Origin: an uncultured Rikenellaceae bacterium
GTDB lineage: Bacteria > Bacteroidota > Bacteroidia > Bacteroidales > VadinHA17
Direction: 5' to 3'
Assembly (NCBI GenBank): GCA_963818525.1
Contig: CAWFSO010000002.1
Location: 1,097,337 to 1,161,336, forward strand
Length of the DNA: 64,000 bases
Shown here in pieces: positions 1-7,780 of the stretch. Position 1 is the first letter of the stretch. Every line of letters begins with the position of its first letter. The position numbers and the translations under genes were made by a program. Under the pieces are notes generated by a model. The model was not told the origin of the DNA and did no database searches. It saw only the letters and a program-made list of their open reading frames with translations.

Positions 1-783
1 ATGAACAGGCTTCTTGCGGGTGTTGACCGCAACAAGGACCAGAGTTATTTTCTATGCCAGGTGGGCCAGAAGCAGCTTGACAACGTACTCTTCCCCGTGG
101 GTCACCTTACCAAGCCCGATGTGCGCAGGATAGCCGTTGACCTGGGCCTTGCCACCGCAGACCGGAAGGATTCGCAGGGAATCTGTTTTGTAGGCAAGGT
201 AGACCTCCCCGTCTTCCTTCAGCAGCAGCTGGAGGCCAAAAAAGGGAGGATCATCAACGTGTCACGTGATCACCGGTTCAGGATATGGCCTGACGGAGTG
301 CCGGATAACAATGCCGCGTCAGAGGAGCTGGCGCTCATGGCGGCGCCTCACGAGATGGGTCCCGGCGACGGGGTGACGGCAGGCGTGCACAACGGAGCGC
401 ACTTTTACACTGTCGGACAACGCAAGGGACTGAACCTGGGAGGGTACAGGGAGCCGCTGTTCGTTATTAGCACAGACACCCTTAATAACCTGGTATATGT
501 CGGTGAGGGAGAGATGCATGAGGGTCTTTACCGCAAAGGTCTGTTCATCAGGGCACAGGAGGTGCACTGGATCAGGAGTGACCTGGCCATGGCAACGGGA
601 GAGTCGCGTGATTACGAGGTAAGGATCCGGTACCGGCAGCCGTTGCAGCATGCCCGTCTGTTTGCACGTGAAGAGGGTTACTATATCATTTTCGACCGTC
701 AGCAGCGTGGCGTCACCCCGGGGCAGTTCGCCGCCTGGTATGACGGCGAGGAGCTGCTGGGGTCAGGGGTCATTCACAAATAG
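1..783 (+). CDS. mnmA: tRNA-specific 2-thiouridylase MnmA, C-terminal part (5' end lies outside the window)
   Basis: Frame is open from base 1 to TAG at 781-783. NKDQSYFL and GICFVG motifs plus the C-terminal barrel region are typical of MnmA/TrmU. Confidence 0.9.
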   Translation: MNRLLAGVDRNKDQSYFLCQVGQKQLDNVLFPVGHLTKPDVRRIAVDLGLATADRKDSQGICFVGKVDLPVFLQQQLEAKKGRIINVSRDHRFRIWPDGVPDNNAASEELALMAAPHEMGPGDGVTAGVHNGAHFYTVGQRKGLNLGGYREPLFVISTDTLNNLVYVGEGEMHEGLYRKGLFIRAQEVHWIRSDLAMATGESRDYEVRIRYRQPLQHARLFAREEGYYIIFDRQQRGVTPGQFAAWYDGEELLGSGVIHK

Positions 784-913
784 AAGTCTGTAAAGTCGAA
801 AGTCTGAAGGATTTGCGAATTTGCGAACGTTTGCGATTTGCGATTTGCGATTTGCGATTTGCGATTTAAGAATTTTGAATAAATCGACAATCGAAAATCT
901 GAAATAGAAAATT
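784..913. repeat. Composite heptamer tandem-repeat tract: AAGTC(T/G) units 784-809, TTTGCGA array 812-867 (five perfect tandem copies 830-864), degenerate reverse-complement units AAATCGA(C/A) 881-905
   Basis: Read directly. It fills the gap between the convergent stop codons of mnmA (783) and nspC (931). Confidence 0.9.
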
Positions 914-930
914 CCTACCCTGCCGACTGA

Positions 931-2067
931 TCAGGAGAGCCTGTTCCGATAGTCTTCGTACTCAAACTCCCTTACCAGCCTGAACTTCTGGTCGGAGGTC
1001 CATATGCCTATCGAGGGATGCGGCACACCGTTGAAGGTGGTAGTCTTGACCATTGTGTAATGGATCATATCCCAGAAGATGATCCTGTCGCCGGGTGCAA
1101 GTTCACGGTGAAACGACCAGTCGCCCATGAAATCACCTGAGAGGCATGAGTTACCCCCCATTCGGTATGTCGGTTTGCCCTCAACCGGATCAAAAGCCCC
1201 CATGATTACCGGTTTATATGGCATCTCGAGGCAGTCGGGCATGTGTGCGGTGAAAGAGACGTCGAGCAGGGCTGTTTTGATGCCGTCACGCACCACTATA
1301 TCCTCCACGGTGGCAACCAGTTCGCCTGTCTCCCAGGCAAATGCGCTTCCCGGCTCAAGTATCAGGTGAATGTTGTGTTTCTCCCTGAACCTGCGCAGCA
1401 GGCTGATCAGATGATCAGTATTGTAATCCTTGCGCGTCATCAGGTGCCCCCCTCCCATGTTCAGCCACTTCAGCTTCGGCAGCAGATGGCCGAACCTCTC
1501 CTCAACCACGGCAAGCACCTTCTCAAGCGTGTAGGAGTCGGACTCAAACAAGACATGAAAATGGAGTCCCTCCACCCCTTCCGGCAGTCCGTCGGCCAGC
1601 TCCGGGGCAGTGACGCCCAGGCGCGACCCGGGTGAACAGGGGTTATATATTCCATGGGCTATCTCCGAGTATTCCGGGTTGATGCGCAGTCCCGGAGAAA
1701 TATGTTTCCCCTCCCTCTTCAGCACGGGGGCGAACTTCTCATATTGTGCCAGTGAGTTGAAGGTGATATGCGAGCTGTAGCGCAGTATCATCCCGAACTC
1801 CTCCCTGCGAAATGCCGGTGCGTAGGTATGTGCCGGCGCTCCCATCTCCTCGAAGCAGAGACGGGCTTCGTGTATCGAGCTGGCAGCGGCTCCGGAGACA
1901 TATTCGCGCACTATGGGGAAGACAGACCACATGGCAAAGCCCTTGAATGCCAGTATTATCTCGGCACCCGAAGCCCGGGAGACATGTTTTATCAGCTCCA
2001 GGTTACGCCGCAGTCGCTCTTCGTCGATCACATAGCATGGTGACGGGACTTTCCGGTAATCTATCAT
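931..2067 (-). CDS. nspC: Carboxynorspermidine/carboxyspermidine decarboxylase
   Basis: Alanine-racemase-fold decarboxylase with N-terminus MIDYRKVPSPCYVIDE and LEPGSA, GGNSCLSGD motifs typical of NspC. The ORF-track start 2172 overlaps the upstream gene. ATG at 2065-2067 lies 1 nt after the upstream stop. Confidence 0.88.
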   Translation of the reverse strand: MIDYRKVPSPCYVIDEERLRRNLELIKHVSRASGAEIILAFKGFAMWSVFPIVREYVSGAAASSIHEARLCFEEMGAPAHTYAPAFRREEFGMILRYSSHITFNSLAQYEKFAPVLKREGKHISPGLRINPEYSEIAHGIYNPCSPGSRLGVTAPELADGLPEGVEGLHFHVLFESDSYTLEKVLAVVEERFGHLLPKLKWLNMGGGHLMTRKDYNTDHLISLLRRFREKHNIHLILEPGSAFAWETGELVATVEDIVVRDGIKTALLDVSFTAHMPDCLEMPYKPVIMGAFDPVEGKPTYRMGGNSCLSGDFMGDWSFHRELAPGDRIIFWDMIHYTMVKTTTFNGVPHPSIGIWTSDQKFRLVREFEYEDYRNRLS

Positions 2068-2068
2068 A

Positions 2069-3310
2069 TCAGAGCTCCAGGTCAATGTCAAACTTCTCGT
2101 GCCAGGGCAGTCCGTTCCTGCCCAGCTCAGCAAGGAAAGGATCCGGGTCAAACTGTTCCACATTCCAGACACCCGGTTTCTTCCAGAGACCCTTCAGGTA
2201 CATCATGGCTCCCGTCGCTGCCGGCACGCCGGTGGTGTAGCTCACGGCCTGCGTCCCTGTCTCGCGGTAGGCTTCCTCATGGCTGCAGTTGTTCCAGATA
2301 TAGTAAGTGCGCTCCTTCCCCTCCTTGTCGATACCCCTGATCCGGCATCCTATGGAGGTCCAGCCCTTGTAATTCTCGCCAAGGTCACCCGGGTTGGGCA
2401 GCACCTCCTTGAGGAACTGGATAGGTATGATCTCCACACCGTTATACATAACAGGGTCAATGCGTGCCATCCCTATATTCTGTATTACCCTCAGGTGGGT
2501 AAGATATTCCTGCCCGAACGTCATCCAGAAGCGTGCACGCTTTATTGAAGGAAAGTTTCTGACAAGAGACTCCAGTTCCTCATGATAGATGAGATATGAC
2601 TCCCTGGGGCCTATTCCGGGGTAGGTCAGAGGCTTGTGTATCTCATGAGGCTCGGTGTATATCCATCTGCCGTTCTCCCAGTATTTGCCCTTCTGCGTCA
2701 CCTCCCTGATGTTTATTTCAGGATTGAAGTTGGTTGCGAACGGCTTGCCGTGGTCGCCTGCATTGCAGTCTACTATATCGAGATAATGAATCTCCCCAAA
2801 ATGGTGTTTGGCAGCATGAGCCGTAAAGACACCAGTCACGCCCGGGTCGAATCCGCAACCGAGGATAGCCGTCAGTCCTGCTTCACGGTAACGGTCGTGG
2901 TAAGCCCACTGCCATGAATATTCATATTTTGCCTCTTCAGGGGGTTCGTAGTTGGCTGTGTCAAGGTACGCCACCCCTGTTTCGAGGCAGGCATCCATAA
3001 TGTGGAGGTCCTGGTACGGAAGTGCCAGGTTCACCACCAGGTCGGGCCCGAACGACCTTATAAGCGAAGCCATCTCGGCAGGATTGTCTGCATCGACCCT
3101 GGCCGTCTGCACCCTGTTGCCCCCGATGCGGTCAGCTATGGCATCGCACTTCGACTTCGTGCGGCTTGCAAGCATTATTTCCGTAAAGAGATCAGGCAGC
3201 TGAGCCATCTTGGTCACCGCCACGGTACCGACTCCGCCGGCTCCGACTACAAGCACTTTTCCCATCAGTGTTTTCTTAAGGTTATATGCAAAGGTAATTT
3301 TTTTAGACAT
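2069..3310 (-). CDS. Carboxynorspermidine synthase/dehydrogenase (saccharopine dehydrogenase-like)
   Basis: Rossmann motif VVGAGGVG, saccharopine dehydrogenase-like C-terminal domain, and the classic pairing directly upstream of nspC. An alternative start at ATG 3265 (MGKVLVVGAGGVG) is equally plausible. Confidence 0.85.
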   Translation of the reverse strand: MSKKITFAYNLKKTLMGKVLVVGAGGVGTVAVTKMAQLPDLFTEIMLASRTKSKCDAIADRIGGNRVQTARVDADNPAEMASLIRSFGPDLVVNLALPYQDLHIMDACLETGVAYLDTANYEPPEEAKYEYSWQWAYHDRYREAGLTAILGCGFDPGVTGVFTAHAAKHHFGEIHYLDIVDCNAGDHGKPFATNFNPEINIREVTQKGKYWENGRWIYTEPHEIHKPLTYPGIGPRESYLIYHEELESLVRNFPSIKRARFWMTFGQEYLTHLRVIQNIGMARIDPVMYNGVEIIPIQFLKEVLPNPGDLGENYKGWTSIGCRIRGIDKEGKERTYYIWNNCSHEEAYRETGTQAVSYTTGVPAATGAMMYLKGLWKKPGVWNVEQFDPDPFLAELGRNGLPWHEKFDIDLEL

Positions 3311-3347
3311 TTTTTTCAGCGGTCAGATGCGGTTACCATAAAAGTTA

Positions 3348-3355
3348 TATTTTTG
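3348..3355 (+). promoter_or_regulatory. Candidate Bacteroidota -7 promoter box TATTTTTG (TAnnTTTG) upstream of corA
   Basis: Motif match in the divergent intergenic region 3311-3478. The distance to ATG 3479 (about 120 nt) is long, so the assignment is weak. Confidence 0.3.
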
Positions 3356-3478
3356 CAGTCGTATCAATACAATTGTCTTTTATGGACGATTATCACGCGA
3401 GCCGTTGTTTTAAATTCGTTCCGCTGAGGTAAGTTGGCGACAGATACCTCTGTGGAACAAAAAAGAGGAGGTATTAGA

Positions 3479-4408
3479 ATGATAACTTACTGGCAGATGA
3501 TCCCGAACGGTCTCCTTCCGTTAAATTCTTTTGAAAAGGGCTGCATTGTCAACGTCACTGATCCGACGCCATCGGAGATAGGAATACTCAAAACCACTCT
3601 CAAGGTGCCTGATGACTTTCTTGCTGATGTTCTTGACGTTGACGAGAGGTCGAGGATGGAGATAGAGGAAGATGTGTTGCTGATGATTTACCGTATCCCC
3701 TATCAGAACCAGTCGAACGGTTTTCCCTTTACGACAATTCCCCTGGGTCTTGTACTGGATAAGAACAGCCTTGTAATCATCTGTCACAGGAACAATGAGG
3801 TCCTTGATGATTTCTTCAGTCGCAGCGGCAAGGGTATCACCATTGAGACAAAGATCGACCTGATACTCCATCTTTTCCTGCGTACGACGATGTTTTACCA
3901 CAGGTATCTGAAGCAGATCAACAACCAGACGGCGATGATTGAGCAGGACCTTGAAAAGTCGACCCGCAACCAGGAACTGCACAGGTTGCTGAAGATGGAG
4001 AAATGCCTTGTTTATTTCACCACCTCACTCCGGTCAAATGAGATGATGATGCTCAAGCTCAAGAACTCAAAGTGGATCCGTGACTACGAGTTTTCGTCCG
4101 ATCTGCTTGAGGAGGCAACGATTGAAAACCGGCAGGCTATTGAGATGGCCAAGATATACAGCGACATACAGAGCGGAATGATGGATGCGTTTGCTTCCGT
4201 CATATCAAATAACCTCAGCATCGTGATGAAGTCTCTGACCATTATTACTATCGTGCTGATGGTTCCGACGCTGGTAGCAAGTTTTTATGGCATGAATGTT
4301 CCCAATATGCTTGAAAATAACAAGATAGCATTCTGGTTCATCCTGGGCGGTTCATTAGTTTTATCCTTCTTAGGGGTGCTTTTGCTCCGGAAGAAGAAGA
4401 TGATGTAA
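3479..4408 (+). CDS. corA: Magnesium/cobalt transporter CorA
   Basis: C-terminal YGMNV (GMN) motif between two TM helices with a cytoplasmic N-domain. First ATG 3479 is preferred over the TTG at 3434 listed in the ORF track. Confidence 0.85.
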   Translation: MITYWQMIPNGLLPLNSFEKGCIVNVTDPTPSEIGILKTTLKVPDDFLADVLDVDERSRMEIEEDVLLMIYRIPYQNQSNGFPFTTIPLGLVLDKNSLVIICHRNNEVLDDFFSRSGKGITIETKIDLILHLFLRTTMFYHRYLKQINNQTAMIEQDLEKSTRNQELHRLLKMEKCLVYFTTSLRSNEMMMLKLKNSKWIRDYEFSSDLLEEATIENRQAIEMAKIYSDIQSGMMDAFASVISNNLSIVMKSLTIITIVLMVPTLVASFYGMNVPNMLENNKIAFWFILGGSLVLSFLGVLLLRKKKMM

Positions 4409-4412
4409 CCGG

Positions 4413-5126
4413 TTATTTAAGGTGCTGTCTGATCTTTTCCAGGTTTTGCGGAGTACCGCAATCGAACCAGTATCCCTCATCATGGAGATAGGTCATTATC
4501 CTGTTTTTGCCAGCCAGCAGAAGGTAGATTGATGTCATTGTATATATGCCGGGAGGCATATGGTCAAATATTTCCGGGGAGAGGGCATGAATACCTGAAA
4601 AGGCAATCTCTTCAAGGCCCTTGCTGCTGTTAACGGTTATTATCTCCTCCTTTGTCGCAACGTTGCGCCAGCCCCGTATCCTGCCGGATTTATCAACAAG
4701 GTAGAACCTGTTCCCCGGCCTGTGTCTGACAGCCAGTGTGGCCAGTGCCCCGGAGGAAAGGTGCCTTTTGTACAGGTCACTGATGTCCAGATCAGTGAAT
4801 ATGTCTACATTATAGCACAAGAACGGTTCAGCAGAAAAGAAGTGGCGTGCGTTCAAAAGACCGCCTCCCGTATCGAGGAGTTCGGCCGTCTCATCTGATA
4901 CCGTGATACGGAGCCCATCGCTCCGAAGCCTCTCTATCTCCTCTTTCATGAGGGCAGGGTGATGATGTATGTTGACTATCAGGTCATCAAATCCTGCAGC
5001 AGCAAGTTTCTCAGCCGCCAGGCGGAGAGCGGTCTTACCGTTGACATCAACAAGTGCTTTCGGCTTTTCCCTGCTTATTTCACCGAGTCTGGTGCCGAGG
5101 CCGGCTGCAAAGATCATCGCTTTCAT
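4413..5126 (-). CDS. Sugar-1-phosphate nucleotidyltransferase, MurU-like (N-acetylmuramate alpha-1-phosphate uridylyltransferase candidate)
   Basis: N-terminal AAGLGTRL G-loop, about 237 aa, resembles MurU. ATGA start/stop overlap with the upstream kinase gene, matching the AmgK-MurU arrangement. Confidence 0.7.
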   Translation of the reverse strand: MKAMIFAAGLGTRLGEISREKPKALVDVNGKTALRLAAEKLAAAGFDDLIVNIHHHPALMKEEIERLRSDGLRITVSDETAELLDTGGGLLNARHFFSAEPFLCYNVDIFTDLDISDLYKRHLSSGALATLAVRHRPGNRFYLVDKSGRIRGWRNVATKEEIITVNSSKGLEEIAFSGIHALSPEIFDHMPPGIYTMTSIYLLLAGKNRIMTYLHDEGYWFDCGTPQNLEKIRQHLK

Positions 5127-6541
5127 TGACTGAGGGCTGTATGAGTGAGAGTCACTGTTACACCGGGCATCGATTCAAGCATTGACGCAACCCTGACCGC
5201 ACACCATACCGAGCGGTGGCGCCCGCCCACGCATCCGAAGGCGGCGTTGAAGTCAAGGATTCCTTTTCTTCTCATCATGGGAAGCGAGTTGCGAATGAGG
5301 TTCGTGCAATCGCCCACGAATGCGACGGCCTCATCATCATTGCTAAAGAACTCCACCACCTCAGGATCCAGTCCGGTGAGGTCGTTAAGCTCTGTCACCG
5401 TGGCGGGATTGCGCAGGCCCCTGCAGTCGAAGACAAAACCACTGCCGTTGTCGTAATTGATTGTTTTCCCCCTGACATATGAAAAGCTTTCCAGGTGGAT
5501 TTTCACCAGGTCCTGGTAGTGCGACAGAATACGGTATTTACGCTGTAACGGTACCGCCTCCGAGGCCTTTTTAAGTTCAGGAAGATCGACCTGCAGGGCA
5601 TTGCTTTCGAGCAATTCGTTCATGAGCTCTACTGCCGGAACGATGCTCTCAGTGAATGTAGGTTTGTTCTCATGCAATCCCCTGAAGCCAAATGCTCCCA
5701 GGGCCTGCATGAGCCTGATGAGGGTGAATGCTCCCGAATATCTCTGAAGCGACTCCCTGGACTTTCCCGTTGCAGCGGAGAAGAGATCCAGGTGACGGTC
5801 AAGGGTTTTTTGCCTGATGCCGGCGGGGATGTATGCCTTGGCATCATACACAAGTGAGGCAATGTCATAATGCGGAGCGCCAAGCCTGCCTCCCTGGTAG
5901 TCAATATACCACGGCTTGCCATCCTTCAGCATGATATTGGCCGTCTGGAAATCGCGGAAGAGAAAATAGTCCTGGCCAGCGTCAAGAAGAAAGCGGGTCA
6001 GCGTCTCAAAATCGCGCTCCAGCCTCGTCTCATTGAAAGGTGCAGCTATAAGCTTGAGGAACATATACTTATAGTAATTCAGGTCCCATACGATGCTCTG
6101 ACGGTCGAAACTGCGGTGGGGATAACAGAGTGAGAGATCGAGACCCACGATTCCTTCCGTCTGGATTCTTACCAGGTCAGCAGCAATGGTCAGGAACAAT
6201 GCTTCCGTCTCCTCGTTGAATCTCTCCTCGTCGGAGCGCCGGGCGAGCCAGGTGAAAAGGTTGATATCACCCAGATCCTCAAGGAAATAAACCTTATCAT
6301 CAGGATAGTAGACATATATCTCCGGAACGGGCAGCTGTTTCGACCTGAAGTGGTTTGAGAAGCCTACAAATGCATCATTCTCTTCGCGGCTTGGGTTATA
6401 GGCTCCGATTACCTGCCCCTCGGGGTAGAGGAGTCTGAAGTAAACCCTGTCTGAACCCGACTGCGGAAGGCGGGTTATAATCTCGGGTGCTGAGCCTTTC
6501 CATTTCAGGAAGGCATTTTCAACTCTTGTCCTTATGTCCAT
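5123..6541 (-). CDS. AmgK-like anomeric sugar kinase (APH fold) fused to a RapZ C-terminal-like domain
   Basis: N-terminal ~340 aa has an APH/choline-kinase fold (FRDFQTANIM catalytic loop, YIDYQGG). C-terminal ~125 aa (about 5126-5500) carries ESFSY..G, VFDCRGLRNP, TGLD and GCVGGRHRSV, which match the RapZ C-terminal domain. ATG 6539-6541 is preferred over TTG 6586 because it sits 1 nt after the upstream stop. Confidence 0.7.
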   Translation of the reverse strand: MDIRTRVENAFLKWKGSAPEIITRLPQSGSDRVYFRLLYPEGQVIGAYNPSREENDAFVGFSNHFRSKQLPVPEIYVYYPDDKVYFLEDLGDINLFTWLARRSDEERFNEETEALFLTIAADLVRIQTEGIVGLDLSLCYPHRSFDRQSIVWDLNYYKYMFLKLIAAPFNETRLERDFETLTRFLLDAGQDYFLFRDFQTANIMLKDGKPWYIDYQGGRLGAPHYDIASLVYDAKAYIPAGIRQKTLDRHLDLFSAATGKSRESLQRYSGAFTLIRLMQALGAFGFRGLHENKPTFTESIVPAVELMNELLESNALQVDLPELKKASEAVPLQRKYRILSHYQDLVKIHLESFSYVRGKTINYDNGSGFVFDCRGLRNPATVTELNDLTGLDPEVVEFFSNDDEAVAFVGDCTNLIRNSLPMMRRKGILDFNAAFGCVGGRHRSVWCAVRVASMLESMPGVTVTLTHTALSQ

Positions 6542-6542
6542 G

Positions 6543-7673
6543 TCAGAGCCGGATAACAATTTTCTTCCGGTAAAGGATATATCCAATTGCCCAGATAACC
6601 ATCACCAGCATTATCGGGAAAAGGAGGCTCGCCAGTTTCTGCTCTTTAAACAGCGGACTGCAGACATGGGTGAATATCCAGTTATAGAGTGAGACCTCTC
6701 CGATCTTGATTGTCAGGAGGGTTTTTGTCAGAATGCCGGCAAGCACGTATGTAAACAGAGCATTTGTGCCGAACGTATTGAAGAAGCCCGTCCATCCCCT
6801 CAGATTCCAGATATCTACAATCATGAATAGCAGGGCCAGTATCACCATCGCAATACCACCTGCATAGAGAACGTAGGAACTGGTCCAGATGGGTTTGTTA
6901 ATCGGGAAGAACTCTCCCCAGAGCAGTCCGCCTCCGATAAGCAGGGCTCCTGCAACAGCAAGCCATCCGACAGTCTTCCATGAAGTGCCCATTTTGCTTA
7001 TCAGGTTGCCGACCATAAAACCGAGCAGTACTGTCGCCGTGGCAGGAAGGGTGCTGAGGAGGCCCTCCGGATCGAAAGGTATTCCGAACCCCTTGTAGAG
7101 ATGGTTCTCACCAAATACGGCCAGGTCAACAGTGCGGGCGAAATTGCCCTCGAGGGAATATGGGTCGCTTCCACCCAGGAAATACATCAGGGCCCAGTAT
7201 CCGAACAGGAGTACGGCAGTAGCTATCCAGACATAGTTCTTTTTTACCAGCAGCACCAGTATTGCTCCGAGGCCCCAGGCCAGTGCTATCCTCTGCAGTA
7301 CGCCCATAATGCGCAGGGTGTCGTAATCACGGGCAAAGCGCGGGAAGATCGTCAGAAACAGCCCGACAGCAAATATCAGCGCAACCCTCCTGAGTATACG
7401 GAAAAGGGATCCCGCTGAGAATTCGAAGTTGTATTTCCTGAGTGAATACCACATCGCCACACCGGAGATGAAGAGAAATGAAGGGAAGACCAGGTCAGTG
7501 GGTGTGCAGCCATGCCATGCGGCATGTCTCAGGGGTGCATAGACATGACTCCAGGTACCCGGAGTGTTGACTATAATCATAAATACCACCGTCATCCCCC
7601 TGAATACATCGAGTGACATCAGACGCGATGACTTGCTGCCGGCGCTCTTGCCGGAACTCTTTGATGCTGCCAT
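6543..7673 (-). CDS. Multi-pass membrane acyltransferase, heparan-alpha-glucosaminide N-acetyltransferase-like (DUF5009/DUF1624)
   Basis: LDVFRGMTV..., HAAWHGCTPTDLVFPSFLF motif and about 10 predicted TM helices. First gene of a three-gene tightly packed minus-strand unit. Confidence 0.7.
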   Translation of the reverse strand: MAASKSSGKSAGSKSSRLMSLDVFRGMTVVFMIIVNTPGTWSHVYAPLRHAAWHGCTPTDLVFPSFLFISGVAMWYSLRKYNFEFSAGSLFRILRRVALIFAVGLFLTIFPRFARDYDTLRIMGVLQRIALAWGLGAILVLLVKKNYVWIATAVLLFGYWALMYFLGGSDPYSLEGNFARTVDLAVFGENHLYKGFGIPFDPEGLLSTLPATATVLLGFMVGNLISKMGTSWKTVGWLAVAGALLIGGGLLWGEFFPINKPIWTSSYVLYAGGIAMVILALLFMIVDIWNLRGWTGFFNTFGTNALFTYVLAGILTKTLLTIKIGEVSLYNWIFTHVCSPLFKEQKLASLLFPIMLVMVIWAIGYILYRKKIVIRL

Positions 7674-7748
7674 ATTCGATTTTTTATCTTCGTAAAAATA
7701 ACAATTTGGAAGTAATCAGACTGTGGAATTAATGATAAAGAAAAGTGC

Positions 7749-7756
7749 TATTTTTG
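7749..7756 (+). promoter_or_regulatory. Candidate -7 promoter box TATTTTTG for the GH3/beta-lactamase fusion gene
   Basis: TAnnTTTG match 16-25 nt upstream of ATGs 7772/7781. It lies inside the GTG-7745 ORF extension, which argues against that start. Confidence 0.45.
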
Positions 7757-7780
7757 ATTTATTCCAAATTCATGCAACCG

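Noticed and set aside
812-867. Possibility that the short tandem arrays are CRISPR arrays
   Set aside because: The units are 7 bp and contiguous or nearly so, with no unique 25-40-bp spacers, no leader and no cas genes in the window.
2068-2172. N-terminal 35-aa extension of the nspC ORF overlapping the upstream gene (possible fusion or frameshift)
   Set aside because: The extension has no similarity to NspC N-termini, whereas MIDYRKVPSPCYVIDE does. An ATG placed 1 nt after the upstream stop gives a clean operon junction.
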